Source: a virus
Strand: one strand, 5' to 3'
Length of the DNA: 64,000 nucleotides
IMG/VR virus record: IMGVR_UViG_3300006925_000008
Location: 33,369-97,368 of that record
Below the pieces are notes generated by a model. It searched no databases. It was not told where the DNA came from and saw nothing but the letters and a program-made list of their open reading frames with translations. Below are positions 10,300 to 20,087 of this stretch, in pieces. The first letter of the stretch is position 1, and the number at the start of each line of letters is the position of its first letter. The translations under genes and the position numbers were made by a program.

Positions 10300-11786
10300 T
10301 ACATTACACCTCTCCCATATCCGCCTGAACGAGACCTCGTTCTAAATGCTCTTTGAACCTCTTGACTTACTTTGTCGGCTATTTCACGAGCATTGCCCCC
10401 GCCACTGACGGAGATGTTGATGTTGTTGGTGTCACCACCGCCGCCGCCGCCCATACCTTTCACGGTGACTGGGATGCTACTGCCGTCAGGAAGAGGGACA
10501 ACTGCTTCGGTCCCGTGTAGCGTGGCTAAATATCCTGAATCAGGTCCACGGGATACACCGCCCGAATCGAAAAGTCCACCCACAAAGTCTGCCGTTCCAC
10601 CGATGAATCCGCCAACGCCGTCAACAATTCCCTCTATCGTATCAACAATAGGGGATAAGAAGTCCATGATGTCATCAACCCATCCTTCGACATAACTCCA
10701 AAGTGCATCAAAGGTGTCTATGAATATATCACCGAAGCCTACGATCAAGTCCCAAACCTTACCCCAGTCCCCGGTGAAAACCGCTACAATGATTCTGATA
10801 ATGTTGACTATAACTCTCATTACGAACATGAAAAGAGCAACTGCAACTTGAAATGCTAACTTGAAACCAAACCACAGGGGCATAAGGAACGGAATGATAA
10901 ACGCCACGAGATAAACGACAATGGCTATGATAACTCCGATTACCCTGACTACAATAGCCGCCACTTCAAAGAGCATCATACCTATTTCAACTATGAAATC
11001 AATTATGCCACTGGATATGAGGAAGTCAACAAAGCCACTAATTGCCCCTGTAATGAATGATGTTACACTTGCGAAGTCAACACCTACATTGTTTAATGCC
11101 CCGAATACGATGCCAAAGGCGAACATTACCGCCTCCATTAAACCACCAATCGCATCAATCATCCCCTGTAAAGCACCAGTATCCGACAGGTGTTGAAATA
11201 TCATTACAATCGATTCTATTACTGCGGCAACTATGGTGGTCCACATGGTATATGCTTGGATAATACCCGCAAATATGACCATCCCTGCGGCCATCAAAGG
11301 TTCTATTATGGGCATAAAGTCTAGCCCCATGATTATCCCAATCAATTGCCCCACCGAGCCTATTATGCTCATGAAATTATCAATTATCCCCCCTAAAGCG
11401 TCTTGAATACCGGGGAGCATATCGCCAAAGCCGCCCATTCCGCCCCCTAAAAGACCCAACGCCATCATTAAAGCGAGGCCAATACCTATGGCCATAGTGA
11501 ATGTCATTACAATTTTGGTCATCCCCGAACCCAACATGCCAATTGTTTTGGTGATCGGTGCGGCGGCTTCGTCCATGGTTTCAAACGCCTCACTGACATC
11601 AGCCATGACTTCAGTGGCTGTTGCCATTACCTGTTTTGACTTAATCCACAGGTCATAGAATGGGCCGAATGCCTTGTTATACATCTTGGTATAAAGAGCG
11701 GCGGATTGGACATTCTTAGTGAAACCGCCAATAGCAATGCTTGCCGCCGCTATTTCACTTGTTGCCGCCGATGCACCTTCCGCCAT
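10299..11786 (-). CDS. Tape measure protein
   Basis: Helical, hydrophobic, Ala/Gly/Ile-rich; follows the chaperone pair; C-terminal FDSGG...GP..G..ATLHGTEAVVPL motif typical of tape measure ends. Confidence 0.8.
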   Translation of the reverse strand: MAEGASAATSEIAAASIAIGGFTKNVQSAALYTKMYNKAFGPFYDLWIKSKQVMATATEVMADVSEAFETMDEAAAPITKTIGMLGSGMTKIVMTFTMAIGIGLALMMALGLLGGGMGGFGDMLPGIQDALGGIIDNFMSIIGSVGQLIGIIMGLDFMPIIEPLMAAGMVIFAGIIQAYTMWTTIVAAVIESIVMIFQHLSDTGALQGMIDAIGGLMEAVMFAFGIVFGALNNVGVDFASVTSFITGAISGFVDFLISSGIIDFIVEIGMMLFEVAAIVVRVIGVIIAIVVYLVAFIIPFLMPLWFGFKLAFQVAVALFMFVMRVIVNIIRIIVAVFTGDWGKVWDLIVGFGDIFIDTFDALWSYVEGWVDDIMDFLSPIVDTIEGIVDGVGGFIGGTADFVGGLFDSGGVSRGPDSGYLATLHGTEAVVPLPDGSSIPVTVKGMGGGGGGDTNNINISVSGGGNAREIADKVSQEVQRAFRTRSRSGGYGRGVM

Positions 11787-11787
11787 T

Positions 11788-12105
11788 TTATTCCCTCATT
11801 TGCTGATTTACTCGCTCAAAGTAGTCCTCGTCGCTAGTAGTGCGTAGTGGTCGCCCACTTTTATTATTCGCCCCTTTACTCATGTTTTTGTGCATTTTAT
11901 CCATTTCAGACTTGGTTATATCCTGTGCGGCACGCATGAATATAAAATCAAGCATAACGCTCTCATGCGATTGATCGTCCCAAGAATGTGGTGGACATTT
12001 GAAATAAGAACCGAGAGCAAAAGTTACGGTCTTATGAGCCAAAATTGTCTGCTGTGGAGGCGTAAAAGGATTCTTCTCGCCATCAGATGAAATGTAATCT
12101 ATCAA
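11788..12105 (-). CDS. Tail assembly chaperone, frameshifted C-terminal part (gpT-like)
   Basis: Lies in the -1 frame of the upstream chaperone and is open from the CCCTTTG heptamer; only a weak TTG start of its own. Confidence 0.7.
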   Translation of the reverse strand: MIDYISSDGEKNPFTPPQQTILAHKTVTFALGSYFKCPPHSWDDQSHESVMLDFIFMRAAQDITKSEMDKMHKNMSKGANNKSGRPLRTTSDEDYFERVNQQMRE

Positions 12106-12116
12106 ATCGGAGAAGG

Positions 12117-12485
12117 TTATACCAAAGGGTCTGCTTCACCGCCGGATGCAAACTGTTGCATGATGTCCGTCAATGAAGGAAGAACCGCTTGGATGGCGTT
12201 GCCAACTTCAGGTTTTAGATTGAATAGGTCTTGTTTGCTCAATGCTGGTTCTGTTCTGTCAACGCATCGTGCTAACACATAACGCCAGTAACCTCCGAGG
12301 TCGATTGAAGGCGATGCCTCACCGTCAATAACCTTGAAGTCAACGAATTGAGACATTGCCTCCTGCTGTTCAATCCATGATAGTGGTTTAACATAGACAA
12401 TCAATGTGCCATCAGGTGTCTCCACCTCATGACGATTGGCACTGCGGCTCAATACAAACCGATGATTATTCTGATCCTGTTGCAT
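12117..12485 (-). CDS. Tail assembly chaperone (gpG-like)
   Basis: Between tail tube and tape measure; start moved to MQQDQ (12485) behind GAGGTGG; ends in a slippery site. Confidence 0.7.
   Translation of the reverse strand: MQQDQNNHRFVLSRSANRHEVETPDGTLIVYVKPLSWIEQQEAMSQFVDFKVIDGEASPSIDLGGYWRYVLARCVDRTEPALSKQDLFNLKPEVGNAIQAVLPSLTDIMQQFASGGEADPLV
12123..12129 (-). other. Programmed -1 ribosomal frameshift slippery site C CCT TTG
   Basis: X XXY YYZ heptamer in the correct phase just before the stop of the chaperone ORF; a -1 slip reads CCC TTT GGT ATA ACC TTC TCC GAT TTG into 11788..12105. Confidence 0.8.
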
Positions 12486-12864
12486 CGTCTTCCACCTCTT
12501 CAACAGTTTCTTCAGCCGGGGCTTCAGCCGGGGCTTCTGTCGAGTTTCCTTCTGTTTCAGCACTTTCGTAACGCTCAATCAAATCCTTTTTGTTGCCATA
12601 AATAGGCAATCCCTTCTCCTTCAGCATAAGGCGAAGGTCGGTAACAGTCAAATCCCAAAGTCCTCCGGTTGGGTTTTCGACTACATTGGCTTCAGCCATT
12701 ACCGATGTTCCGGTTGAGTTTGTATAATCAGGCAATGACACATGGACCTTTACCTCATCGGCACTTAGTCCGGGGCCAGCATTCACTGATGTCCCTGTAA
12801 TTGTCCAGTCAAGGGGCGTTCTTACCCCGTTTAATGTCACGAATCCTGATAGTCGCATAGCCAT
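12466..12864 (-). CDS. SAP-domain protein with acidic tail
   Basis: LTVTDLRLMLKEKGLPIYGNKKDLIERY matches the SAP consensus. Confidence 0.7.
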   Translation of the reverse strand: MAMRLSGFVTLNGVRTPLDWTITGTSVNAGPGLSADEVKVHVSLPDYTNSTGTSVMAEANVVENPTGGLWDLTVTDLRLMLKEKGLPIYGNKKDLIERYESAETEGNSTEAPAEAPAEETVEEVEDDATGSE

Positions 12865-12898
12865 CCCACTACGGTATAACGCTTAATCATTACGCTTC

Positions 12899-13303
12899 TT
12901 ATTGAAATCTAGGATGGCCTTCAAACTTCATCTGATCGGCAATTGCTTGTAATTCCTTTAGCCGTCGCTGGCTTTCTTCATGACTTTTGACTCTCCCTTG
13001 TATTCTTTCGGTTGCCGCTGTTTCAGGCATATTGCCCAGTGATTCTAAAGGAAAATCGGGGTCGCCTACATTAGCGGCCACAGTCCCTTGCATGTTGGCC
13101 GCATTAGACATGTAATCCTCCGCCCAGCCTTCAGGGTCTCCTTTGTAAGGGGCGGGTATAGGGCTTTGCGAGACCGCCTGTGCGGTTTCTTGACCTCCAA
13201 GCATCTGAAGTTGTTGCATGTCCTGCTCATAATCCCCCTTCAAGAATTGACTCCATGCGGAGTCCAATGCCTGCTTGTGAATCATGGCTTCTGTTTTTGG
13301 CAT
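12899..13303 (-). CDS. Hypothetical protein with ALDSAWSQFLK leader variant
   Basis: ATG at 13303 behind GGTGA; first 18 aa nearly identical to those of the upstream gene. Confidence 0.65.
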   Translation of the reverse strand: MPKTEAMIHKQALDSAWSQFLKGDYEQDMQQLQMLGGQETAQAVSQSPIPAPYKGDPEGWAEDYMSNAANMQGTVAANVGDPDFPLESLGNMPETAATERIQGRVKSHEESQRRLKELQAIADQMKFEGHPRFQ

Positions 13304-13949
13304 TTTACTCACCTGAATAGGTCAGTTGTCGGTTGCGGGGCGGGGGGAGTTGTCCTTGTGGCTGTGGCCTCTCTAACTCCATTCCCTTATCAGCAAAACG
13401 GTCATAGAACATGGGATGAATCTCATCCGCTCGTTGTCCGGGGTTTACCAGCCATTCAGGGATGCCCTCCATGGGTGACTCTCCCGTTCCTTCTGTTCTA
13501 ATACTGCTCTCTCCTTCTGCGTGTTCAGGGTTCTTCACCGTGTCTTTAGTTGAAACACGCATTTCACTGTTTTTGTCAGGTAAGGCATAACCCTGCTTCC
13601 TGTCATAATTCGGATGAGACGGGTCTAAAGCACCTCTTTCGTAGTGTTCGGGTCGGGGGGCCATTACTTCTGAATCTCCGGGCCTTCTTTTTCTCCGGTC
13701 ATATAGGTCGGGGTTTCCTGATGTAGCACTTAGCATATTTGCTCTTTCGTCCCTCAAGTTGCTCCTCACTTTTCGCTCATATTCCGTCACTACTGGCTGA
13801 TCAATTTGGTCATCAAGATGTTCTAAATCTCGCCTCAAATTATCAGCGTGCGCTTGATGACCATGCGGTGCATATGAGCCGTAAAACTTCATCAGACTCC
13901 ATGCGGAATCTAGGGCTTGCTTGTGAATCATGTCTTCTGTTTTAGGCAT
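13249..13949 (-). repeat. 55-nt imperfect direct repeat (13249-13303 and 13895-13949) encoding the shared leader
   Basis: 48/55 identical by manual alignment; encodes MPKTE(A/D)MIHKQALDSAWS. Confidence 0.85.
13305..13949 (-). CDS. Hypothetical protein with ALDSAWSLMK leader variant
   Basis: Start moved to MPKTEDM (13949) after the tail tube stop; shares its N-terminus with the next gene. Confidence 0.65.
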   Translation of the reverse strand: MPKTEDMIHKQALDSAWSLMKFYGSYAPHGHQAHADNLRRDLEHLDDQIDQPVVTEYERKVRSNLRDERANMLSATSGNPDLYDRRKRRPGDSEVMAPRPEHYERGALDPSHPNYDRKQGYALPDKNSEMRVSTKDTVKNPEHAEGESSIRTEGTGESPMEGIPEWLVNPGQRADEIHPMFYDRFADKGMELERPQPQGQLPPPRNRQLTYSGE

Positions 13950-13959
13950 AATAATCAAC

Positions 13960-16407
13960 TCATAGGGTATAATATGGATTAGTTTCTTCAATCTTCAAGT
14001 GTCGGACAATGCATTCAACTTCAGCGGTGACTGGTCCCTTGTCATCAGGCATTGGATGATTTGCTTTGACGATGGTGTAGTCTTCAAGCGTGATTACTGT
14101 GCTTTGTCTTGTAGCCGCTGAACCTGTCTTGTTCATTCTGAACACGATGTCGTTTGAATTAGTGTGATGCTTTCTAGTCCTCATTTCAGTCCAATAGCGG
14201 TCATCCTCGACAATGGCCGAGAAGTTAAACTTGTATTCTCTCATTGCTTCTGTGATGTCAAGTGCCTGATGTGTTCCGCCGTGTTGAACCTGATCACCGT
14301 CAAGCGTTTGACCTTCAAATCCACGAACATACCAGCGAGCGGAATTGTTGTTGGCGAGACTAAACTCAAATTGAGTCCCACGGAGGACAGGTGTGCCAAA
14401 TGCTTCAACGCTCAAGTCTTGGAATAGGTATGGCTTTTCACCATCAACTGCAACACCTGAAACCAATCGGTTGACAAAAGTGTTCGCTGTATTTTCAAAC
14501 ATACGGTGTGGGACAAACTTGTTGACAGTATCCGTGTAGTGGCGTGTTGCCTCATACTCCATTGTCAGTTTGCATTCTCCTTCACTATCAGCCGCTAGTT
14601 TAGCGGATTGCACTTTGCATCCATTGAAGAGTCGTAGCATTTGTTCACGGCCCGGAGTTGCGTTTGTTTGTCTAAAAGACTGTTCGATCATAAATGTCGG
14701 AACATGAGTATGCCCGAATAATGTGTGAGATACACCATGGGCCAAAGCACCACCAGTGCCAATCATTGGGGTCCCTCTTCGACCATCCTTGACAGTCAAA
14801 GCACCAGCCGTTGAATGCACATAGCCCATTCTTTCAATGCCACATGATGCGGCGATGTGGTCAAGTAGCCATGGTTCTTCGATATACAACTCGGTGTTTG
14901 CATTGTTCTTGCCGATAATCCTGCGGATTTCATTCTTGAACACAGTTGGCAGTGTTGAGTCAGCACCCGGAATAGAATGGGTGTCTTTGTCGTAAATCTG
15001 AATATAGTCGCCAGCGGAGTATTTCGCACCTAGGGTCGCACTAACCTTGACAAACACATCGCCTGAAGCAATGCTCGCAGTTGGCGAACCAAGAAGTTGG
15101 ACCGGGACATCGACAAGTTTGACTCGTGCTTGCACACCCGCATCGATGTCGGCAACGGTCTTGTGAGCCGGTGCATCAACAAGGACTGAAGTGGATGCCG
15201 CAAATGAAGCGGAACCAGCACCGCTAGTGACAGTGATTGTCACTGTTGGATAGGAGGTATATCCGCTACCCGGTTCAGTGATTACGATTGCGTCTAATGT
15301 TCCTGTCGCAGTGACAGTCCCAGTGGCTTGAACGCCCCCTGTGAGGTCGGGCGCACCGAAGACTACATCAGCGGAGTTTATCACTCCTGCTTGAGTTACA
15401 TCGCCCATAGCAGGCACGCCAACCGCTGAAATGCCAGCGGCGAATGAACCGATCAAGACTTTACCGTCAGTGCCAAGAGTTTTGATAATTCCGGCAGTTG
15501 GAACCGTAGCATGGGAAGTAGCAAAAGAGCCGACACCCATTACATTCCCGGTGTCCGTAGCAATAGTCCTAGCACCAAGGAGAATGGTCTGACCATCAGC
15601 ACCACCAGTGAGGCTGGCGAGACCAGCCGCCCCTAGTGTCGTTAGGTCTGTGACATTCACTTTATTGGTTGACCCATATGCTTGAACCGCCCAAATGTCA
15701 GTTGCACTGTCTTTGAGGTTCAATGGATTCTCGGTTAATATGGTTGCACCTGAAAGACTGTTAATGCTAGACAATTCGCCATCGCTCTTTGAAACACAGC
15801 CGCCAAGTGCATATTTCATCCACTTCAAGGTGTGTGCGTTTGACTCCATGCTCCCACCGGCCAGTGTTTCACGGCCACTGGTCAATACATTGACATCTCG
15901 ACCCATGCCAATGACATGTTGCTTTCTGACATCAATTTCAGGTTCAGGCAATCCAAATGTGTTTAGCAATCCAATGAAACCATCGCTCTTTACTTGAGAC
16001 GATGAATCCGTGCTTGCCGCATCAATGGTTGGACAGCCAATGCTGTCAAGAGTAAAAATATCTGACGCTTTTGCATTGCCCGTAGTAGCCATTGCAGGTT
16101 GAACATTGATCGTGTTAGTTGAACAGTCATTTGCAGTGATGTAATAGGTGCGGCGTGTTGCTGAATAGTCATCAGACGAATAGACATCTCCACCCGCTAC
16201 ACGAAGGATACAACCCACGAGAACATTGTCAGGAACCGCATTATGGAACCATGCATTGCTACCGTATGTAATCACGGAGGTATTTGGCAATGTAGCGTGT
16301 GCCGCCACTGCCCAACCATCCGCACTGTCGTCGCCTTCTAGTCTCAATCCTGTTTCTTTGCCCCAAGATACTTCTGCTAAGTCGCCCTTGAATACTGTGT
16401 TTACCAT
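13960..16407 (-). CDS. Major tail (tube) protein with large inserted domain(s)
   Basis: 815 aa; N-terminal VSWGKET and C-terminal FMIEQSF...FNGCKVQSAKL...CKLTMEY tube-like segments; insertion contains ITEPGSGYTSYPTVTI; position before the chaperones. Confidence 0.7.
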   Translation of the reverse strand: MVNTVFKGDLAEVSWGKETGLRLEGDDSADGWAVAAHATLPNTSVITYGSNAWFHNAVPDNVLVGCILRVAGGDVYSSDDYSATRRTYYITANDCSTNTINVQPAMATTGNAKASDIFTLDSIGCPTIDAASTDSSSQVKSDGFIGLLNTFGLPEPEIDVRKQHVIGMGRDVNVLTSGRETLAGGSMESNAHTLKWMKYALGGCVSKSDGELSSINSLSGATILTENPLNLKDSATDIWAVQAYGSTNKVNVTDLTTLGAAGLASLTGGADGQTILLGARTIATDTGNVMGVGSFATSHATVPTAGIIKTLGTDGKVLIGSFAAGISAVGVPAMGDVTQAGVINSADVVFGAPDLTGGVQATGTVTATGTLDAIVITEPGSGYTSYPTVTITVTSGAGSASFAASTSVLVDAPAHKTVADIDAGVQARVKLVDVPVQLLGSPTASIASGDVFVKVSATLGAKYSAGDYIQIYDKDTHSIPGADSTLPTVFKNEIRRIIGKNNANTELYIEEPWLLDHIAASCGIERMGYVHSTAGALTVKDGRRGTPMIGTGGALAHGVSHTLFGHTHVPTFMIEQSFRQTNATPGREQMLRLFNGCKVQSAKLAADSEGECKLTMEYEATRHYTDTVNKFVPHRMFENTANTFVNRLVSGVAVDGEKPYLFQDLSVEAFGTPVLRGTQFEFSLANNNSARWYVRGFEGQTLDGDQVQHGGTHQALDITEAMREYKFNFSAIVEDDRYWTEMRTRKHHTNSNDIVFRMNKTGSAATRQSTVITLEDYTIVKANHPMPDDKGPVTAEVECIVRHLKIEETNPYYTL

Positions 16408-16418
16408 ATTTCTTCACC

Positions 16419-16850
16419 TCATACTGCCACTAATGGCTTGCTAAATGTAATGACCTCGGCCTGCATAGTGTAGCGGAACATCCTCTTACTACGGTCTGAC
16501 AAGTCGGTTCGGGTTTTGAATATAACCCTGTCAAAGTTGGTCCCATCTCCTTTTCGATGGAGGTGGAGGATACGCCGGACTTCATCACGAATTGCACTTA
16601 AACGCTCCCGGCTCTTTACGGTTCGCACATCGATGGTCAAATTGATATGCTCGTTAATGAAGTCGAAAAGCAATTCAGGCTGTGCTTCGTTGTGTGCTGT
16701 TTCAAACACACGCACTACATCCTTATCCTGCATACGGACTCTTTTACCTTCGCCACGATCAAGAACAGCAATGTCCTCAATGCTTGGTTTAGGGGATAAA
16801 GTCCAGTTTGAGTTGAGTAAATTGACAATTGCTATAATGGCATCAGTCAT
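16419..16850 (-). CDS. Putative tail terminator/completion protein
   Basis: 143 aa directly upstream of the tail tube; alpha/beta pattern; positional call. Confidence 0.55.
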   Translation of the reverse strand: MTDAIIAIVNLLNSNWTLSPKPSIEDIAVLDRGEGKRVRMQDKDVVRVFETAHNEAQPELLFDFINEHINLTIDVRTVKSRERLSAIRDEVRRILHLHRKGDGTNFDRVIFKTRTDLSDRSKRMFRYTMQAEVITFSKPLVAV

Positions 16851-16852
16851 CC

Positions 16853-17131
16853 TTAAATCCCCCTGTATAATTTGTCTTTGAGGTGATTAAACTTCATTCG
16901 GTGAGGGTTTGTCGGCAGTTGAATATCAACAACATGCTCAATTTCGGCCTCGGACATGTCTAGCCCATCCAATTCAGACATAAGAGATTCACGCATGATT
17001 TGACCATCTCGCCAGTCTATCTCATTGGCGGGCAACTCTTTAGCGCATACATCCAACTGTTTGGAGATGGCTGTCAAAGACATCAACCATTCTTCAGTAA
17101 CAGGGAACAGTTTTTCAGCCATATCAGCCAC
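16853..17131 (-). CDS. Hypothetical protein, head-tail region
   Basis: 92-aa ORF packed between its neighbours. Confidence 0.6.
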   Translation of the reverse strand: MADMAEKLFPVTEEWLMSLTAISKQLDVCAKELPANEIDWRDGQIMRESLMSELDGLDMSEAEIEHVVDIQLPTNPHRMKFNHLKDKLYRGI

Positions 17132-18764
17132 CCATGCCCGCTACAATAATTGATTCTTGGAATGGAACCAGCAACTGTTTTGCTTCTGTTTCTAACCTTT
17201 GCACCTTAGCGTTAAGGTCTATTCCTTGAGAGCCTTCAGGGAACATAACGGAGTAATCATCAGCCATCAATATGTCAATGACAACCAATTTGGTGCAAGC
17301 GTCTTCGATCATCTTATCGACATACCTTTCGCCATACACATATGAAATCTTTAGGCTGTGGTTCTCAAAGAACGGGTATTGGTTGTTAAACATGATTGCC
17401 CCGTTGTCCTCCATTGACCACCAATCTGTTTGTCGTTCTTCGGAGGTGGCATCGCTATTGAATCGGTGTTGCGTCAAAGTGTCTGTCGCTAATACATTAT
17501 CGCCAAAAGTCCCTGATAAGTCAGTGACGATAGTGAATGTATTGCCCACACGGGTGCATAATGCCACATGATTCCCTGAACATACAATACCATGGCCCTC
17601 CGTAAAAGTCCCAGCATCATCAACAACAAACCCGGTAATTGGTGAACCACCAGTCACTGATGTGATTGTAGTCGAATGTGTTGCCCCTAAAGTGAATGTG
17701 AATGAATTGGTGTTTGTAACGCCGATGGTGGCATTCTCCCCCTCCTCCGTTGAACGCATACTGCTGATCATAATTTTGCCATCTCCATCGTCGCTGTTTG
17801 CTGTTGCCAAAAACTCATGGCTGACATTCAATGGTTTAGGGACTCCGTTTGGGTCTGTCCCTTCAGTCAAAGAGCCTATCTGTATTGCTGTTTTTTCAGC
17901 GGCGGCATCCATGTTTATCAGATTTGAAATCTGTTGAGCAATGGTTTTTATCCCGAAGTCTTTACTCCATTGGTTATTGCCAACCCCTTGTTCAAGCGTT
18001 GCTGTTGCATTTACTCCACCGGGGCATAGGAAAAACTTGTCAGATGCTTGTATCTGTATGGGGTTTGTAATTGACAGTTTGATACGAGACGCACCTAACT
18101 CTCGATAGTAATCCCCTTGCCAAACCGAAAGCCGTAAAATGCGTTGAACCGCTCTATTCTTCAGATATACCGCACCTACATAATCGGTGTAATATCTCCT
18201 TCGATATGGTTTGAAAGTGGTGAAGTTTTGATACTCGTCAGATACAAGACTTGGCCTCCATGACATACGGGTGGTCCTGTCAATGTAATCCTGTCTTTGC
18301 CTGATCAGGTCCTCAACATGAGACTTGCTCAAGCCTCTTTCTTTGCTGTTGCTTATTGAAGAGTTGGCTTGGACAACAGCACCTTGAGCGGTTGTATATG
18401 CAACTCCGGGGTCTTCAGCAATGAGGTTTACTTTTCCCCCAGTCCCTGCTGATTTGACCAAGGATACGCTTAGAGTTGAACCCATTGATTCAACATCATC
18501 ATACACAGTTATGCTGTCGCCCGCTGAAAAGCCCCAGCGTCGATAGTCAGCCCCCCCAATGGGGATTAGAATGTAATTTGTTAAAGCAGTTAATGAAGCG
18601 TCAATGTTCGCACCAGTATCAACGGTGGTGTCTCCCGCTAAAATCACAGGTTCAGGAAGTGGCAATTGTAGGTATTCGCTTACTTTTTGGACGGTGGTGT
18701 AAACCAAGTCATCAGGATATAACGGCTGACTAGGCCGATGACCCGGATGAAAGACTCTTGGCAT
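17124..18764 (-). CDS. Head-tail adaptor/connector protein with insertions
   Basis: N-terminal YTTVQKVSEYL, IRQRQDYIDRTT and C-terminal ISYVYG...IEDACTKLV segments typical of gp6/gp15-like adaptors. Confidence 0.6.
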   Translation of the reverse strand: MPRVFHPGHRPSQPLYPDDLVYTTVQKVSEYLQLPLPEPVILAGDTTVDTGANIDASLTALTNYILIPIGGADYRRWGFSAGDSITVYDDVESMGSTLSVSLVKSAGTGGKVNLIAEDPGVAYTTAQGAVVQANSSISNSKERGLSKSHVEDLIRQRQDYIDRTTRMSWRPSLVSDEYQNFTTFKPYRRRYYTDYVGAVYLKNRAVQRILRLSVWQGDYYRELGASRIKLSITNPIQIQASDKFFLCPGGVNATATLEQGVGNNQWSKDFGIKTIAQQISNLINMDAAAEKTAIQIGSLTEGTDPNGVPKPLNVSHEFLATANSDDGDGKIMISSMRSTEEGENATIGVTNTNSFTFTLGATHSTTITSVTGGSPITGFVVDDAGTFTEGHGIVCSGNHVALCTRVGNTFTIVTDLSGTFGDNVLATDTLTQHRFNSDATSEERQTDWWSMEDNGAIMFNNQYPFFENHSLKISYVYGERYVDKMIEDACTKLVVIDILMADDYSVMFPEGSQGIDLNAKVQRLETEAKQLLVPFQESIIVAGMGG

Positions 18765-18780
18765 ACATTACCCCCCCTCC

Positions 18781-19332
18781 TCAATAATCGTCTCCGATTT
18801 CAAGATGTCTTACTTTTCCGCCTTGTCTGCGTTGTTGTTTTCCGGCATGTCTCGACTCGGCTCTCCGGCGTGAACATGTTGAAGGGACTTCACCAGCGGC
18901 ACATTGGTCAGGGGAGTCCGTTGACATAGCACCGCACCCTCTTACTGAACATGGCTGTGCTTTGATCAGGGACCAACCGCAGTCACCCGCTTCTTGAATT
19001 GCTTTAGCGAGTTTAGCCTTCTTTGGGTAACAGTTTTCACATGCATTGCCGTCAGTGTCCGTCCCGTCCGAGCAATTCATACAATTCATATTCTTGTATG
19101 CCTTTTCATCACTCTTAGCAACTTTCTTGTTGCCATCCTCATCCATGTCCAATATATTGACGGCATTAGGTGAAGAATCCGTGACCTGCTTAGGAACGCC
19201 ACACTTTTGGTTACATTCGCTTTTCTGTGCTGGTGTGCATTCAGAATAATTGCAGTTGAAATGTTTCTGACAGTATGCGTTCTTTTCATCCATGTCGGCT
19301 CTCGCCTTCAAAATTAACTCATTTAGATTCAT
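18781..19332 (-). CDS. Cys-rich hypothetical protein with ILKA and internal GWSLIKA motifs
   Basis: Three small Cys clusters separated by K-A/K-S motifs. Confidence 0.6.
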   Translation of the reverse strand: MNLNELILKARADMDEKNAYCQKHFNCNYSECTPAQKSECNQKCGVPKQVTDSSPNAVNILDMDEDGNKKVAKSDEKAYKNMNCMNCSDGTDTDGNACENCYPKKAKLAKAIQEAGDCGWSLIKAQPCSVRGCGAMSTDSPDQCAAGEVPSTCSRRRAESRHAGKQQRRQGGKVRHLEIGDDY

Positions 19333-19670
19333 GCTATTTGCCTCGCTTTTGAATTATGATGGCTACCTAAATTGTAGTCCATAGGACCGCTACATACAGC
19401 ACAGGAGGGAGTCCAGCAAAAATGTAGCATCCCACAGTCCAAGCATCTAGTGCCTGAACCAATGCTTTGGATGTCCATTCTTTCATTGCCTTTAATCTCC
19501 ATTCGTATATCGGTGGAATTGCGTGCCAGCCACTCTTTGCTGAATGGGGCAATAGATTCGTGAACGGATGAGTTATGAGAGTTTGCTACTTCTAGCATTC
19601 GACTATTGCGCCTCTTCTCAATTTCAAACGCTTCGTCAAGATCGACTGAATCAACAGATAGTCTTGCCAT
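19329..19670 (-). CDS. Zinc-ribbon protein
   Basis: CLDC...CAVC; ATGA overlap with the next gene. Confidence 0.6.
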   Translation of the reverse strand: MARLSVDSVDLDEAFEIEKRRNSRMLEVANSHNSSVHESIAPFSKEWLARNSTDIRMEIKGNERMDIQSIGSGTRCLDCGMLHFCWTPSCAVCSGPMDYNLGSHHNSKARQIA

Positions 19671-19684
19671 ATTGGACAGCCCCT

Positions 19685-20038
19685 TCAGGCTCGCCCGCCG
19701 GTAATCATGATTCTAATGATGAGGCCTGTTCCTAGGAGAACATCGCCGCTTAGGTCAAGTCCTGTTGCTTCAATAAGTGCAACATTTGCACCGCCACCGT
19801 CAGCGGGGTCGGTTTGAACATACGCCTTGATAGTCTTAGTTGCACGGTCATATTCAAAGACATAACCGCCGGTGTTTTCAATGTGAACCATATCAGGGTT
19901 CGCTACATAGGAGGTTGCATCGAAAGTTGCGCCGCCTGCGTCCCATGAGGTGTCTGCTGTTGATGCACTAAGGGATACAGTCAATCTGTTGCCCGATACA
20001 TTGGTTCGCCCTGCTTGAGTAACTGTAAGAGTCGTCAT
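19685..20038 (-). CDS. Small virion structural protein (possible decoration protein)
   Basis: Thr/Gly/Ala-rich beta protein downstream of the capsid gene. Confidence 0.5.
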   Translation of the reverse strand: MTTLTVTQAGRTNVSGNRLTVSLSASTADTSWDAGGATFDATSYVANPDMVHIENTGGYVFEYDRATKTIKAYVQTDPADGGGANVALIEATGLDLSGDVLLGTGLIIRIMITGGRA

Positions 20039-20045
20039 TGCTATC

Positions 20046-20072
20046 AATCCGTTCAGTATGTCTTTCCTTATA
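20046..20072 (-). promoter_or_regulatory. Putative late promoter TATAAGGAAAGACAT-N6-CGGATT
   Basis: Near-identical motif and spacing to the element upstream of the protease gene. Confidence 0.55.
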
Positions 20073-20087
20073 ACAATAACTTACTAT

